DNA of 64,000 nucleotides from an uncultured Planctomycetaceae bacterium (lineage in GTDB: Bacteria > Planctomycetota > Planctomycetia > Planctomycetales > Planctomycetaceae), in NCBI GenBank assembly GCA_963976765.1, contig CAXBME010000001.1, forward strand, positions 124,001 through 188,000, written 5' to 3'. The position numbers were made by a program, and so were the translations under genes. Of this stretch, positions 39,261 to 48,887 are shown in pieces. Position 1 is the stretch's first letter. Each line of letters starts with the position of its first letter. The notes under the pieces are model-generated. The model did not search any database, was not told the origin of the DNA, and was given only the letters and a program-made list of their open reading frames with translations.

Positions 39261-41381
39261 CTATTGTTCCGGGGCGCGGTGGGGTTCGAAGATGGCCTGG
39301 CGGGACTGCGCAGCGAGTTCTGCCACTCGGCAGGTTTCGCGATAAAGCCATTCCTGAGCGGGCATCTTCAGACCACTCGACCGACGTTTGGATGGGATTA
39401 TATAGGTTCCATCAGGTTGCAGTCGTCGGCCTTTGAGATTGTCTTTGAAGTAGCATTCCATAATGGCCAGCAATCGGTCGCGCGACCGATCGTCTTCGAC
39501 AGGGACGAGCAGTTCGACCCGGCGATCCAGACTGCGGCCCATCCAGTCGGCGCTGGAGATGAAAACGCGATCGTCGCCACCGTGGCGGAAATGCATGATA
39601 CGGGCGTGTTCGAGCATTCGATCGACGACACTGACGACTTCGATATTCTCGCTGAGGCCAGGCACTCCGGGACGCAGGCAGCAGATGCCTCGGATATTCA
39701 ACCGGACTTTCACGCCGGCCTGCGACGCTCGGTACAGCAACTCGATCATCTGCGGGTCAACCAGCGAATTCACCTTGAGCGTGATTCCCGACTTCTGGCG
39801 CTGATTCTTGTACTGAATCTCCGCTTCGATCATTTCGGCCAGCCGGTCGCGCAGAGTGATTGGTGCTGCGGAGAGGCTATGCATCGTCTGAGGCAGTGAG
39901 TAACCGGTCACCGAATTGAAGAACGAAATGGCATCGGCACCCAGGTCTTCGTTGCAGGTCAGAAGGCTTGCATCGCTGTAGAGCCTGGCCGTGGATTCGT
40001 TGTAGTTACCGGTTCCGAAGTGAAGGTACCGTTGGATTCCCTGCGGTTCCCGACGGACGACGATGCAGAGTTTGGCGTGGGTCTTCAGACCTTTGACACC
40101 GTAGAAAACCTGAACGCCGGCCTGCTCCAGTGCCCTGGCTCCTTCGATGTTGCGGGCCTCGTCGAATCTTGCTTTCAATTCGACAATGGCGGTGACGTGT
40201 TTGCCGTTTTCCGCTGCTCGAACCAGGGCGGCCAGAATCGGGCTGTTCCGGCTGGTGCGGTAGAGCGTCTGCTTGATCGCCAGGACGTCTGGATCTGCGG
40301 CCGCTTCCTCGACGAATCGAACCACTGGATCAAAACTGTCGTACGGGTGGTAAAGCAGGACGTCCTGCCTGGCAATTGTTTCGAAGATGCTTTCGGTGGG
40401 GTCAACCAGAGGCGATGCCAGCGGCGGCCAGTCTTCGTAGCGATTGCCTTCTCCCGAGCCGGCGTCTGCCACCTGGAAAAAATGCGACAGGTCAAGCGGT
40501 CCAGGGATGCGATACACGTCGCGCTGAGCCAGGCCCAAGCAGTCTGAGAGGAAGTTTGTCAGCTCCACAGAAGCACTGGCGGAAACTTCCAGCCGGGCAA
40601 AATCACTCTCTCGACGAGCGACCAGCAGTTGTTTCATCTCTTTCAGCAGGTCGCCCGCGAGGTCTTCACGGATTGCCATGTCGGCATTTCGAGTGGCGCG
40701 AAACGCGACGCATTCAAGGACCGTCTCTCTGGGAAAGAACTCCGCGATGAATTTTTCGACCAGCTCTTCGAGCAGCACAAACGAGTAAGTTCCCTCGGAT
40801 GGAAGTGTCACGAATCGGATGGGGATTCTGCCAAACGGCAGAACGACATAGCGTGTTTCCAGGCCGTCTTCGTCTTTCGCAGGACGTTCGAGCCGGACAC
40901 ACATGCTGATCGTATTTCCGGTCAGCGTCGGAAAACTGTCCGGTGATTCGACAGCCAGCGGCGCCACGAGCGCCACGATCTCGTCGTTGAAGACCTGCCG
41001 CACGTATTGCGTCTGTTGTGCCGAAAGATCGTTCATTCGCAGTCGTCGGATACTGGCCTCAGGAAGTGCCGGTTCGAGTTGCTCAAGGTAGCAGTCGTAC
41101 AACTCACGAGTCAGTTCGTGAGCCCGATCACTGATGGCGGCCAACTGCTGGTTGGGCGTCATGCCGGTCGCGTCTTTGGTCTTGCTTCCTCGTGCGTACA
41201 GCGTTTGCAGCCCGCCGACGCGCACCATGAAGAACTCATCAAGGTTCGACGCGGTGATGGCCAGGAACTTCAGGCGTTCCAGCAGCGGCAACGATATATT
41301 CTGCGCTTCTTCCAGGACTCGCTGATTGAATTCGAGCCAACTGAGCTCTCTGTTAAAAAAGCGAAGATCAGATTCGGACAT
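39261..41381 (-). CDS. ppk1: Polyphosphate kinase 1
   Basis: FNRELSWLEFNQRVL, SNLDEFFMVRVG, HPYDSF, IKQTLYRT, ELKARFDE, KTHAK (phospho-His), GTGNYN, SSADWM. Confidence 0.96.
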   Translation of the reverse strand: MSESDLRFFNRELSWLEFNQRVLEEAQNISLPLLERLKFLAITASNLDEFFMVRVGGLQTLYARGSKTKDATGMTPNQQLAAISDRAHELTRELYDCYLEQLEPALPEASIRRLRMNDLSAQQTQYVRQVFNDEIVALVAPLAVESPDSFPTLTGNTISMCVRLERPAKDEDGLETRYVVLPFGRIPIRFVTLPSEGTYSFVLLEELVEKFIAEFFPRETVLECVAFRATRNADMAIREDLAGDLLKEMKQLLVARRESDFARLEVSASASVELTNFLSDCLGLAQRDVYRIPGPLDLSHFFQVADAGSGEGNRYEDWPPLASPLVDPTESIFETIARQDVLLYHPYDSFDPVVRFVEEAAADPDVLAIKQTLYRTSRNSPILAALVRAAENGKHVTAIVELKARFDEARNIEGARALEQAGVQVFYGVKGLKTHAKLCIVVRREPQGIQRYLHFGTGNYNESTARLYSDASLLTCNEDLGADAISFFNSVTGYSLPQTMHSLSAAPITLRDRLAEMIEAEIQYKNQRQKSGITLKVNSLVDPQMIELLYRASQAGVKVRLNIRGICCLRPGVPGLSENIEVVSVVDRMLEHARIMHFRHGGDDRVFISSADWMGRSLDRRVELLVPVEDDRSRDRLLAIMECYFKDNLKGRRLQPDGTYIIPSKRRSSGLKMPAQEWLYRETCRVAELAAQSRQAIFEPHRAPEQ

Positions 41382-41434
41382 GGCGTTTCATTGACTGGTT
41401 TCAAGGCACGTAGAACATGTGAAGTTGAATGCGA

Positions 41435-43039
41435 TTACGCTCGCGACCCACGAATCAAGACGGAGAGCCCGTAGGTTTCTTCGAAGAGTTGCGCCGTTTC
41501 TTTCAAGGCGATCTGCTCAAGCGAAAGATCGTCAACACCTGGCACGGTAATGATCAGCCGATCTTTCTGGATGTCGCAGGTAAAGTCGCGAATTCGCTGA
41601 CTGTAAGACCGGTCCAGGGCGTCGGCGACTCGCAGGATGGACGCCAGTTTTGAAACAACAACCCGATCCTGACGGGAAAGACCTGAGTAGCCAGAGTGCG
41701 TGGGTCTGGGGGCCGAGCGGCGATGATACCGTGCGACCAGAGCCACGATCTGAAGGTCAAGCCGGCTGAGTCCAAACAGCTCGCTGTTCTGAATGACGTA
41801 CATCGAATGTTTGTGATAGCCCGATATGCCGATGAGCATTCCCACTTCGTGAAGCAGCGAAGCGAGTGTCAGCATGACTCGAGCGCGAGCGTCCAGATGG
41901 TGGTGCGGCAGCAGGGCATCAAACAGCTTTTCTGCCAGGGTCGCCACATGCTGCGCATGAGCTTTGTCGAGACCGTATCTGGTGCCGAGATCAATCGCGG
42001 AACTGATGACATGATCCCGAAAGTCGCCGCTCCAGATATCGTTGCTGGCCAGTTCCTTCAGCAGGCCGTCCCGCAGGTTCACGTCGGAGACTCGAATCTG
42101 ATCGACGTTGAGTCGCTGCGCCACATCAATGATCGTGAGCAACGCTGGAACCAGAGTTTCGGCATCCGGAAACGTCAGGCGATAATCGTAAACAAGTTCG
42201 TCGACTGACATCGGCAGTATCTTGTCGACGAATTTCTGCAACGTCGTGATTGAGATGATGGCCAGTGAATCTTCAACGCGATCAGGAGCGAGTTCTTTCG
42301 CGGCGAATCGGAAGTCGCCTCCCAGGGCGATCAGTTCGGTCGTCAGGCCGTCGTCGGGATGGATCTGCTGCAGTGTCTGACTGACGAATCGGTCAATCTG
42401 GTTTTCCAGAAATTCGCGTTCTTTGCGGACAGGAGTTTTTAAAGACTCCATCATCTTACGCAGCCGCAGTGATCCCAGACTGCAGGTTTGTGAAAACGTG
42501 ACCTGACCGTGTTCGACGACCAGGAACTCGGTGTTGCCACCACCAACTTCGACCACCAGCGACCTGGCCGAAGCCAGGTGCGAGTCGGCCTTCAAAGTTG
42601 ACTGGACACCGAGGAATGTGATCCTCGCGACTTCGGACTGGTCCAGCACATCAACCTGAATCCTCGTGGCGATGTAAATGCGGTCCAGGAAAACGAGACG
42701 ATTCGTTGCTTCACGTACCGCACTGGTGGCAATGCAGCGCAGCTGTTCATCGCTCGAAATCCCGTACGAGTCAAGCACGACGCGATAGCTGCACAGGATG
42801 CGGACGCAGTCTTCGATGGTCGAGCGACTGATCTTCTTTCCGGTGAAAGTTTCCTTGCCAATGGCCACGGCCTGAGACAACTTGTCGATCGTTCTCGTCG
42901 ACCCGTCTGCCGTGATTTCGCCGATGGCCATCCGGATGGCACTGGTTCCAATGTCGATGACGGCGACCAGTCGAGGTGGTGACGATGGCGCATCGGTACC
43001 TGACGAGATAATTTCGGGCTGCGTTTGGCGGGTGCTCAT
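41435..43039 (-). CDS. ppx: Exopolyphosphatase / Ppx-GppA family with HD-like C-terminal domain
   Basis: VIDIGTSAIR, ATSAVREA, EVGGGNTE, LGSLRL, NLRDGL, LLHEVG, ARYHRR, LRVADALD. Confidence 0.92.
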   Translation of the reverse strand: MSTRQTQPEIISSGTDAPSSPPRLVAVIDIGTSAIRMAIGEITADGSTRTIDKLSQAVAIGKETFTGKKISRSTIEDCVRILCSYRVVLDSYGISSDEQLRCIATSAVREATNRLVFLDRIYIATRIQVDVLDQSEVARITFLGVQSTLKADSHLASARSLVVEVGGGNTEFLVVEHGQVTFSQTCSLGSLRLRKMMESLKTPVRKEREFLENQIDRFVSQTLQQIHPDDGLTTELIALGGDFRFAAKELAPDRVEDSLAIISITTLQKFVDKILPMSVDELVYDYRLTFPDAETLVPALLTIIDVAQRLNVDQIRVSDVNLRDGLLKELASNDIWSGDFRDHVISSAIDLGTRYGLDKAHAQHVATLAEKLFDALLPHHHLDARARVMLTLASLLHEVGMLIGISGYHKHSMYVIQNSELFGLSRLDLQIVALVARYHRRSAPRPTHSGYSGLSRQDRVVVSKLASILRVADALDRSYSQRIRDFTCDIQKDRLIITVPGVDDLSLEQIALKETAQLFEETYGLSVLIRGSRA

Positions 43040-43202
43040 GAGATGTGCAGAAACTCGAATATTGTCTGAGGGCTCGCCCACTTTTGAAACACTGACTGTC
43101 ACTGATCGTAGCTTGCAGGTATCAGTGCCAGATTGAGTTTCTGGTTTCAGGTTGTGCCAATCAGGACGAGAGAGTTGTTTCAAAGGCTGCTGGACTCGCA
43201 AA

Positions 43203-43255
43203 AGTCTGTCTGCGCCGCGGTTTGCGTCAATGGCTGACTGTTAATATTTTGTTAA
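43203..43255 (-). promoter_or_regulatory. Pho-box-like direct repeat followed by a candidate sigma70 promoter for ppx-ppk1
   Basis: Minus strand TTAACA-AAATA-TTAACA (43255-43239, 11-bp period), then TTGACG (43230-43225), 16 nt, CAGACT (43208-43203). Confidence 0.55.
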
Positions 43256-43377
43256 ACCGTTTTCCTGGTTTCTATGCAGGAGCAGGCACCCGGAATAGCC
43301 ATTGTTTCGTTGGTGGTCCCCATCCTGTAGAACCCTGTAAATAAATCCTGAAAGTGCTCTGTCAGCCCGGCATCCCG

Positions 43378-44379
43378 CTATTTGAGCGTGTGCCGAGCCC
43401 AGGCGGCGGCTCCCTGAACCGATGCATAATCGCCAAGACTTGCCACTTTAACCTGGAACGTGTCGCGGTAGCAGGCCATCGCTCGCTTTTGAGCTGCCGA
43501 TGTGACCACCTCGGAATACAGTTCGGGCAGTGCTTCAACGAGGCCCCCGCCGAGCAGGATGACGTCCGGATTCAACAGGTTGACCAGTGATCCCGCCGCC
43601 GTTCCCAGGTGACGGGCGGCCGCTCGCACGATCTCTTCAATCGTTTTGTCCCCGGCCTGGATCGACCCTGCCAACGCTCCGCTCTTGATTTCGGCGACGT
43701 CTGTGCCGATGGATTTTTTCAGATGCGGAGCCTGGCCTCGGTAAGCTGCGGCGGCCGCGTGTGATGAAATTGTCAGCCGACTGGCTACCGCTTCGAGACA
43801 ACCTCGACGCCCGCATCCGCATCGAGGTCCGTCCGGTACGACTCGCATGTGACCAACTTCGAAACAGGACAACCTCGATCCGCGGAAGATTTCACCGTCG
43901 ATCACGCATCCGCCACCGATACCGGTGCCAGGAAACAGACCAACGACGCATCTTGCATTCTGGGCGGCTCCAAAACGCGACTCACCATAGACCCCTGCGT
44001 CGACGTCGTTCATCAGCACGGTGGGACAGCCGAATTCCTTTTCGAGAAACTTGCGAATCGGAACGTCTTTCCAGCCGAGATTCGGAGTGTCCAGCACGAT
44101 GCCATCCACAACGTCCAATGGGCCGGGGACTCCGATTCCGATGCCTGCAATCTGGTCGGCGGATACGTCAGCGTCTTCGAGTGCCTTATTGATCAGCCCG
44201 AAAACCCGCTCGACGCCCGCTTCGGCGCCCTCATGACCTTTGGTCGGCTTGCGTTTTTTTCCGAGCAGTTCGAAGTCGTCGTCGTAAACGGCCGCCAGCA
44301 TTTTGGTGCCGCCCAGGTCAAACCCAACCCAGAGTTTCTTCTTGCTTTCCTGCGGTGCTTCGGTCTTATCAGTGCTCAT
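43378..44379 (-). CDS. ROK family sugar kinase (no HTH)
   Basis: GFDLGGTKM, GIGVPGP, NDVDAG..GE, GTGIGGG, EVGH, CGCGRRGCLE. Confidence 0.9.
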   Translation of the reverse strand: MSTDKTEAPQESKKKLWVGFDLGGTKMLAAVYDDDFELLGKKRKPTKGHEGAEAGVERVFGLINKALEDADVSADQIAGIGIGVPGPLDVVDGIVLDTPNLGWKDVPIRKFLEKEFGCPTVLMNDVDAGVYGESRFGAAQNARCVVGLFPGTGIGGGCVIDGEIFRGSRLSCFEVGHMRVVPDGPRCGCGRRGCLEAVASRLTISSHAAAAAYRGQAPHLKKSIGTDVAEIKSGALAGSIQAGDKTIEEIVRAAARHLGTAAGSLVNLLNPDVILLGGGLVEALPELYSEVVTSAAQKRAMACYRDTFQVKVASLGDYASVQGAAAWARHTLK

Positions 44380-44486
44380 GACGTCTCCATTGCCAGCCGA
44401 GGGCGACAACAGCGGAATCCACATTGCAGGAACAGGCGTCGCACGGCTCAAGCGGAATGTCACTTGTCTGCCCGGCATTGAAAAGC

Positions 44487-44727
44487 GACATCCGGCAAAT
44501 TGTTTTCGGGAATTGCGGATCCGGATGTCCACGACGCCGTCGCGGGCGACCGTTGCGACATCGGGCACATGCTTGAGGTATTCGCAGGCAAACCGGTTAT
44601 ACCGGTTGGTGAAGCTCTGTATGGAGCGACCGCTGCCGAATTCTGTTTTCCGGCCTGAACGTACAGGTTCGTGCCTGCAAACAGCTCAGCATGCCGAAAC
44701 AACCAATGTCTGTGCACGTGTTGCACA
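44487..44727. promoter_or_regulatory. Cluster of operator-like palindromes in a divergent intergenic region
   Basis: GACATCCGG (44487-44495) / CCGGATGTC (44521-44529); AACCGGT-TAT-ACCGGTT (44591-44607); TGTGCA-N5-TGCACA (44711-44727). Confidence 0.5.
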
Positions 44728-44814
44728 AACTGAATTCCTGCCAGCCTCAGTCCAGCGTGTTTCTTACACTGACGCTTAAGACTTTGAGAACGACAACCGC
44801 CATTGAGGACAGAA

Positions 44815-45066
44815 ATGCTACGCGTTAACCGGAAGTTCGCTGTCGGTGCCTTCACCGTTTTCATGCTGTTGCTGTCAGGTCAGGGGATCTCCAGTGTGTT
44901 GTCCAAGGGGCAACCGGCACGAGCACAGGCTGCTGCGGCAAGTCCCAGGGGAAGAGCGGTCGCGAGAGACCGCATCGTTAATGGTCCAGGTAAAGCAGCC
45001 AGGAATGTCGGTCGAGCTGGTCATGCAGGATTCGTACTCGATTTGCCCTGCGCTACTCCCAATTGA
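44815..45066 (+). CDS. Putative small exported basic protein (83 aa)
   Basis: GAGG SD-like motif upstream of the ATG; positively charged N-terminus plus hydrophobic stretch (RKFAVGAFTVFMLLLSG); Arg/Ala-rich body. Confidence 0.4.
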   Translation: MLRVNRKFAVGAFTVFMLLLSGQGISSVLSKGQPARAQAAAASPRGRAVARDRIVNGPGKAARNVGRAGHAGFVLDLPCATPN

Positions 45067-45299
45067 GACCGTCAGTTTCTCATCGCACATCTCGACATGC
45101 TGTTTCGGTTGGGCGGGATTGTCGGAGCGGGCAGTCAGATGAATCGGTACGTAGCGCTGACAGGCGTCGAAGCTCGTCTCTCTGGAAAAGACGACTGATG
45201 CGGTAATCTTTGCGAACCACCTGGCGTTGATTGGCTCTGCCGGATGCGAAGATCGATCCCTGTGCCGCCTGATGTTGCCTCGTCCCTGTTGAGTTTCCG

Positions 45300-46823
45300 A
45301 TGCCCAACTCTGATTCTGCGGCGACTGTCAATACACCCTCCGAAAGAATTCAGCAGGCGTTTTCGCCGGACAATTTGACGGAACTTGGGCATCGTCTTGC
45401 CGACCTGCTGGGGCGGCACATGGAGTCTGTTCAGGCCAGCAATGGCAATGTGCTGAACTGGCACGAGCCGTCGGAAAACTGCCAGCTTGCAAGCGAATTT
45501 CTTGATCCGGCAAGTCCGTTTCAGAACGACGCTGAGCCGCTGGTTGGGCGGTTCGAGACGTTAGCAAAAGCGATGCTGGCACGCGGGCACAACCTGCACG
45601 ATCCGCGGTACATCGGGCATCAGGTACCGGCATCTGTTCCGTTGGCTGGCATGTTCGACGCAATTGGTTCCGTGACCAATCAGGTGATGGCCGTTTATGA
45701 AATGGGACCGTGGGCGACGGCGGTTGAACGGTCGCTGGTGGATCGGGTCGGGCAATCAATCGGCTTTGAACCTGGTAAGTTCGCTGGCCTGGTCACACAC
45801 GGCGGAACGCTGGGCAACATGACGGGGTTGCTGACGGCTCGGAACGTGGCACTGGGCGACGCCTGGGAAGCCGGATTGAACGCCGCAGAGGATGCACCGG
45901 TTCTGGTCGCCCAGGCCGATTCGCATTACAGCATCTCGCGAGCGGCTGGGATGATCGGAATCGGGACGAAGAATGTCTTGAAGATCCGCCTGGATCAGCG
46001 GCGGCGGATGGACCCAGCACACCTCGACGAGGCACTGGCAGGCCTCCGGAAGAAGGGAACATCGATCGTCGCCGTTTGTGCGTGTGCTTGTGCGACTCCG
46101 ATCGGAGCGTTCGATCCACTGTTGGAAATTGCTGAAATCTGCCGCCGTCACGAGGTCTGGCTGCACGTCGATGCCGCTCACGGCGGAGCAGCTTGCCTGA
46201 GCGAAAAGTATCGACATCTGATCGCCGGGCTGGAGCAGGCGGATTCGGTCGTCGCCGACGCTCACAAGATGATGTTTGTGCCCGCGCTCTGCGCGTTCGT
46301 CTTCTACAAAAATCGCGATCATCGCTTCGAAGCGTTTCGGCAGGATGCCCCCTACCTGTTCGATCCGTCGTCGCCCGGTCTCGCTGAATACGACAGCGGC
46401 ATGCTCACTCCCGAATGCACGAAGCGTGCGGCCTGCTACGGCCTGTGGGGAACCTGGTCGCTGTTTGGTCAGCAGCTGTTTTCAGACATGGTTGATCAGA
46501 CGTTTGATCTTGGCCAGGTCTTTTACCAGAAGCTGCTCGAAGCATCAGATTTCGAACCCCTGCACGAACCACAATGCAACATTGTCGCGTTTCAGTATGT
46601 GCCCGATGAGTTGCGCGACGTTGCGCCGGAGCAGCTCAACAGGTTTCTGCTGAAGCTCCGCCACGACCTGATTCGATCCGGCGAGTTCTACATTGTGCAG
46701 GCGAACATCGACGGCAAGCAGGCATTACGAGTCACCATTATGAACCCGCTGACGACGGCTGAGCATCTCGATGGTCTGCTCGACGCGATTCGCCGAATGG
46801 GGCGAACGATTCTCGACGCTTGA
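45300..46823 (+). CDS. Group II PLP-dependent decarboxylase (DDC/GAD/diaminobutyrate decarboxylase-like)
   Basis: HDPRYIGHQV, YEMGP, GGTLGN..GLL.AR, SHYSI.RAA, WLHVDAAHGG, DAHKMM (PLP Lys), LRVTIMNPLT. Confidence 0.9.
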   Translation: MPNSDSAATVNTPSERIQQAFSPDNLTELGHRLADLLGRHMESVQASNGNVLNWHEPSENCQLASEFLDPASPFQNDAEPLVGRFETLAKAMLARGHNLHDPRYIGHQVPASVPLAGMFDAIGSVTNQVMAVYEMGPWATAVERSLVDRVGQSIGFEPGKFAGLVTHGGTLGNMTGLLTARNVALGDAWEAGLNAAEDAPVLVAQADSHYSISRAAGMIGIGTKNVLKIRLDQRRRMDPAHLDEALAGLRKKGTSIVAVCACACATPIGAFDPLLEIAEICRRHEVWLHVDAAHGGAACLSEKYRHLIAGLEQADSVVADAHKMMFVPALCAFVFYKNRDHRFEAFRQDAPYLFDPSSPGLAEYDSGMLTPECTKRAACYGLWGTWSLFGQQLFSDMVDQTFDLGQVFYQKLLEASDFEPLHEPQCNIVAFQYVPDELRDVAPEQLNRFLLKLRHDLIRSGEFYIVQANIDGKQALRVTIMNPLTTAEHLDGLLDAIRRMGRTILDA

Positions 46824-46846
46824 TCCGAATGACTCAGGTCAGTCTT

Positions 46847-46911
46847 GAACGCAGAGGACGCTGAGTTCTGGCAGAGGCACGGAGAGCGGGTTTGACTCTC
46901 CAGTTCCTCTG
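46847..46911. repeat. CAGAG/CTCTG-type REP-like hairpin between convergent genes
   Basis: GAACGCAGAG (46847-46856, identical to 63668-63677), then CAGAGGCACGGAGAG...CTCTCCAGTTCCTCTG imperfect inverted repeat. Confidence 0.6.
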
Positions 46912-46915
46912 TGAC

Positions 46916-47881
46916 TTATCCGTCAGTCAGTGATTCGGCAGCCAGAGCGATTGTTCCCAGCAGGCCGGCTTTCTCACCTAGAACGGACTTTTCAACCTGG
47001 ACATTCTCCGTCGGGAACATTCCAACGTGCTTGCGAGCGGCTGTTCGAACCGGGTCGATCAGGATGTCTCCCATTTCGGCGACGCCGCCAGTCAGCACCA
47101 CGAGGTCGGGATGAAGAATTGTCACGACGTTGGCCACTCCGATTCCCAGGTAACCCGCGCGGCGGCGAATTGACTGAGCAAGAATTTCGTCGCCCTCACG
47201 AGCAGCCTGAGCCATTTCACGTGGACTGACTTTTCCGATGTCGCCGTCGACCAGCTTGTGAAGTCCTGGGGCGAGACCGGCTTTCAGCAGTCGGACAGCT
47301 TCTCCGGTGAACGCCGGGCCGCTGACCAGTGTTTCCAGGCAGCCTCGCTGACCGCATCCGCAAAGCGGTCCGTCGGGCATGATCCGCTGATGTCCAAGTT
47401 CTCCGGCGGCACCGAGTGGGCCGAGTACGAGTTTTCCATCAATTGCGATGCCACCTCCGACGCCGGTACCCAGAGTCAGCATGGCCATCGAGTTGATACT
47501 CCTGCCGAGCCCATAGCGGAGTTCACCCAGCGTCGCCGCCCGAGCGTCATTCAACAGTTTGACGGGACAGCCAAGTTTCGCGGTGACAAGTTTTGCCACT
47601 TCGACGTCTCGCCATTTCGTCGGCATGTTTGGAAGAAATTTCGTGGTGCCGGCACTCAGATCGACCAGCCCTGGAACACCCAGACCGAAAGCGGCGGGGC
47701 GACTGCCAGCTTCCTCTGCCAGCGTAAGCACCTGCTCTGAGATTCGGGCAAGGACCGCTTCCGGACCTTCGTGCGAGTTCGTCGGAATCTTTGCTTCAGC
47801 GACGATTTTTCCATCGCACGTTGCCAGAGCAATCGAAACGGTCGTCCCACCAAGATCGGCACCGGCTACCAGTGTGGTCAT
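46916..47881 (-). CDS. ROK family sugar kinase (glucokinase-like)
   Basis: GADLGGT, GLGVPG, LNDARAA.LGE, LGTGVGGG, GELGH, CGCGQRGCLE. Confidence 0.9.
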   Translation of the reverse strand: MTTLVAGADLGGTTVSIALATCDGKIVAEAKIPTNSHEGPEAVLARISEQVLTLAEEAGSRPAAFGLGVPGLVDLSAGTTKFLPNMPTKWRDVEVAKLVTAKLGCPVKLLNDARAATLGELRYGLGRSINSMAMLTLGTGVGGGIAIDGKLVLGPLGAAGELGHQRIMPDGPLCGCGQRGCLETLVSGPAFTGEAVRLLKAGLAPGLHKLVDGDIGKVSPREMAQAAREGDEILAQSIRRRAGYLGIGVANVVTILHPDLVVLTGGVAEMGDILIDPVRTAARKHVGMFPTENVQVEKSVLGEKAGLLGTIALAAESLTDG

Positions 47882-47969
47882 GATTCAGAGTCTCCAGCGA
47901 TGAGTGCCGTCGTCGTTGTTCGACGATTTTTACAGGGTATGACAAACGCGAGGCCGGCATGCCAATCTG

Positions 47970-48887
47970 TCAGTTGCTGATGAAGTTTCGCAGGAAGGTG
48001 TGACTTTGTCGGAGCGACGCCTTTCGCGAATCAAGCGTGCCTTCATACGCGCGGTCTTCCACTTCAACACAGACCGGCCCTGTGTAGCCAACGTCGGTCA
48101 GCACCGAGCAGAATTTACCCCAGTCGACCTCGCCCATCCCCGGAAGCTTCGGAACGTGATACTGCAACGGGTGAGCCATGATGCCGACCTGATCCAGCCG
48201 ATCTTTGTCGACTCGGACATCTTTGGCGTGCACGTGAAAAAGTTTGTCCGAGAAGTTTTTCATGGGCTGCAGATAGTCCATGAACTGCCAGACCATGTGC
48301 GACGGATCGTAGTTCAGGCCAAAGCTGTTGCTCGAAATGTCGTTGAACATGCGAGCCCAGATCGCCGGCGTCGTCGCGAGATTCTTTCCGCCTGGCCATT
48401 CATCGGCGGTAAAACTCATCGGGCAGTTTTCGATGCCGACTCGAACGCCGTGGTCCTCGGCAAACTGAATCAGCGGCTTCCAGACTTCCAGAAACCTTGG
48501 CCAGTTGTCATCGACCGACTTCGTCCAGTCCCGACCAATGAACGTATTCATCTGGTTGATGCCGAGCAGTGCCGATGCCTGAATCACTTTTTTGATTTGA
48601 GCGATGCTGGCTTCCGATTCTTCGCGGTCCGGCGCCAGCGGATTTGGATAGTAGCCCAGTCCGCTGATTTCGACGCCAGCTTCGGAGGCGATGCCACTGA
48701 CTTCGTCGGCCTGACTCTGGCCGAAATCAGCGACGTCGATGTGAGTAATTCCGGCGTAACGACGCTCGGCTTTGCTGACCGGCCAGCACATGACTTCGAC
48801 GCAGGTGTACCCCGTGTCGGCGGCGCATTGCAGCACACTTTTCAGGTCAAGTTCCGGCAGGATGGCACTGACAAATCCGAGTTTCAT
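47970..48887 (-). CDS. Sugar phosphate isomerase/epimerase (xylose-isomerase-like TIM barrel)
   Basis: [41 protein letters not shown]. Confidence 0.88.
   Translation of the reverse strand: MKLGFVSAILPELDLKSVLQCAADTGYTCVEVMCWPVSKAERRYAGITHIDVADFGQSQADEVSGIASEAGVEISGLGYYPNPLAPDREESEASIAQIKKVIQASALLGINQMNTFIGRDWTKSVDDNWPRFLEVWKPLIQFAEDHGVRVGIENCPMSFTADEWPGGKNLATTPAIWARMFNDISSNSFGLNYDPSHMVWQFMDYLQPMKNFSDKLFHVHAKDVRVDKDRLDQVGIMAHPLQYHVPKLPGMGEVDWGKFCSVLTDVGYTGPVCVEVEDRAYEGTLDSRKASLRQSHTFLRNFISN

Noticed and set aside
43113..43131. Sigma54-like TGGCAC...TGCA on the minus strand upstream of ppx
   Set aside because: The GG-to-GC spacing is one base too long for a -24/-12 promoter.
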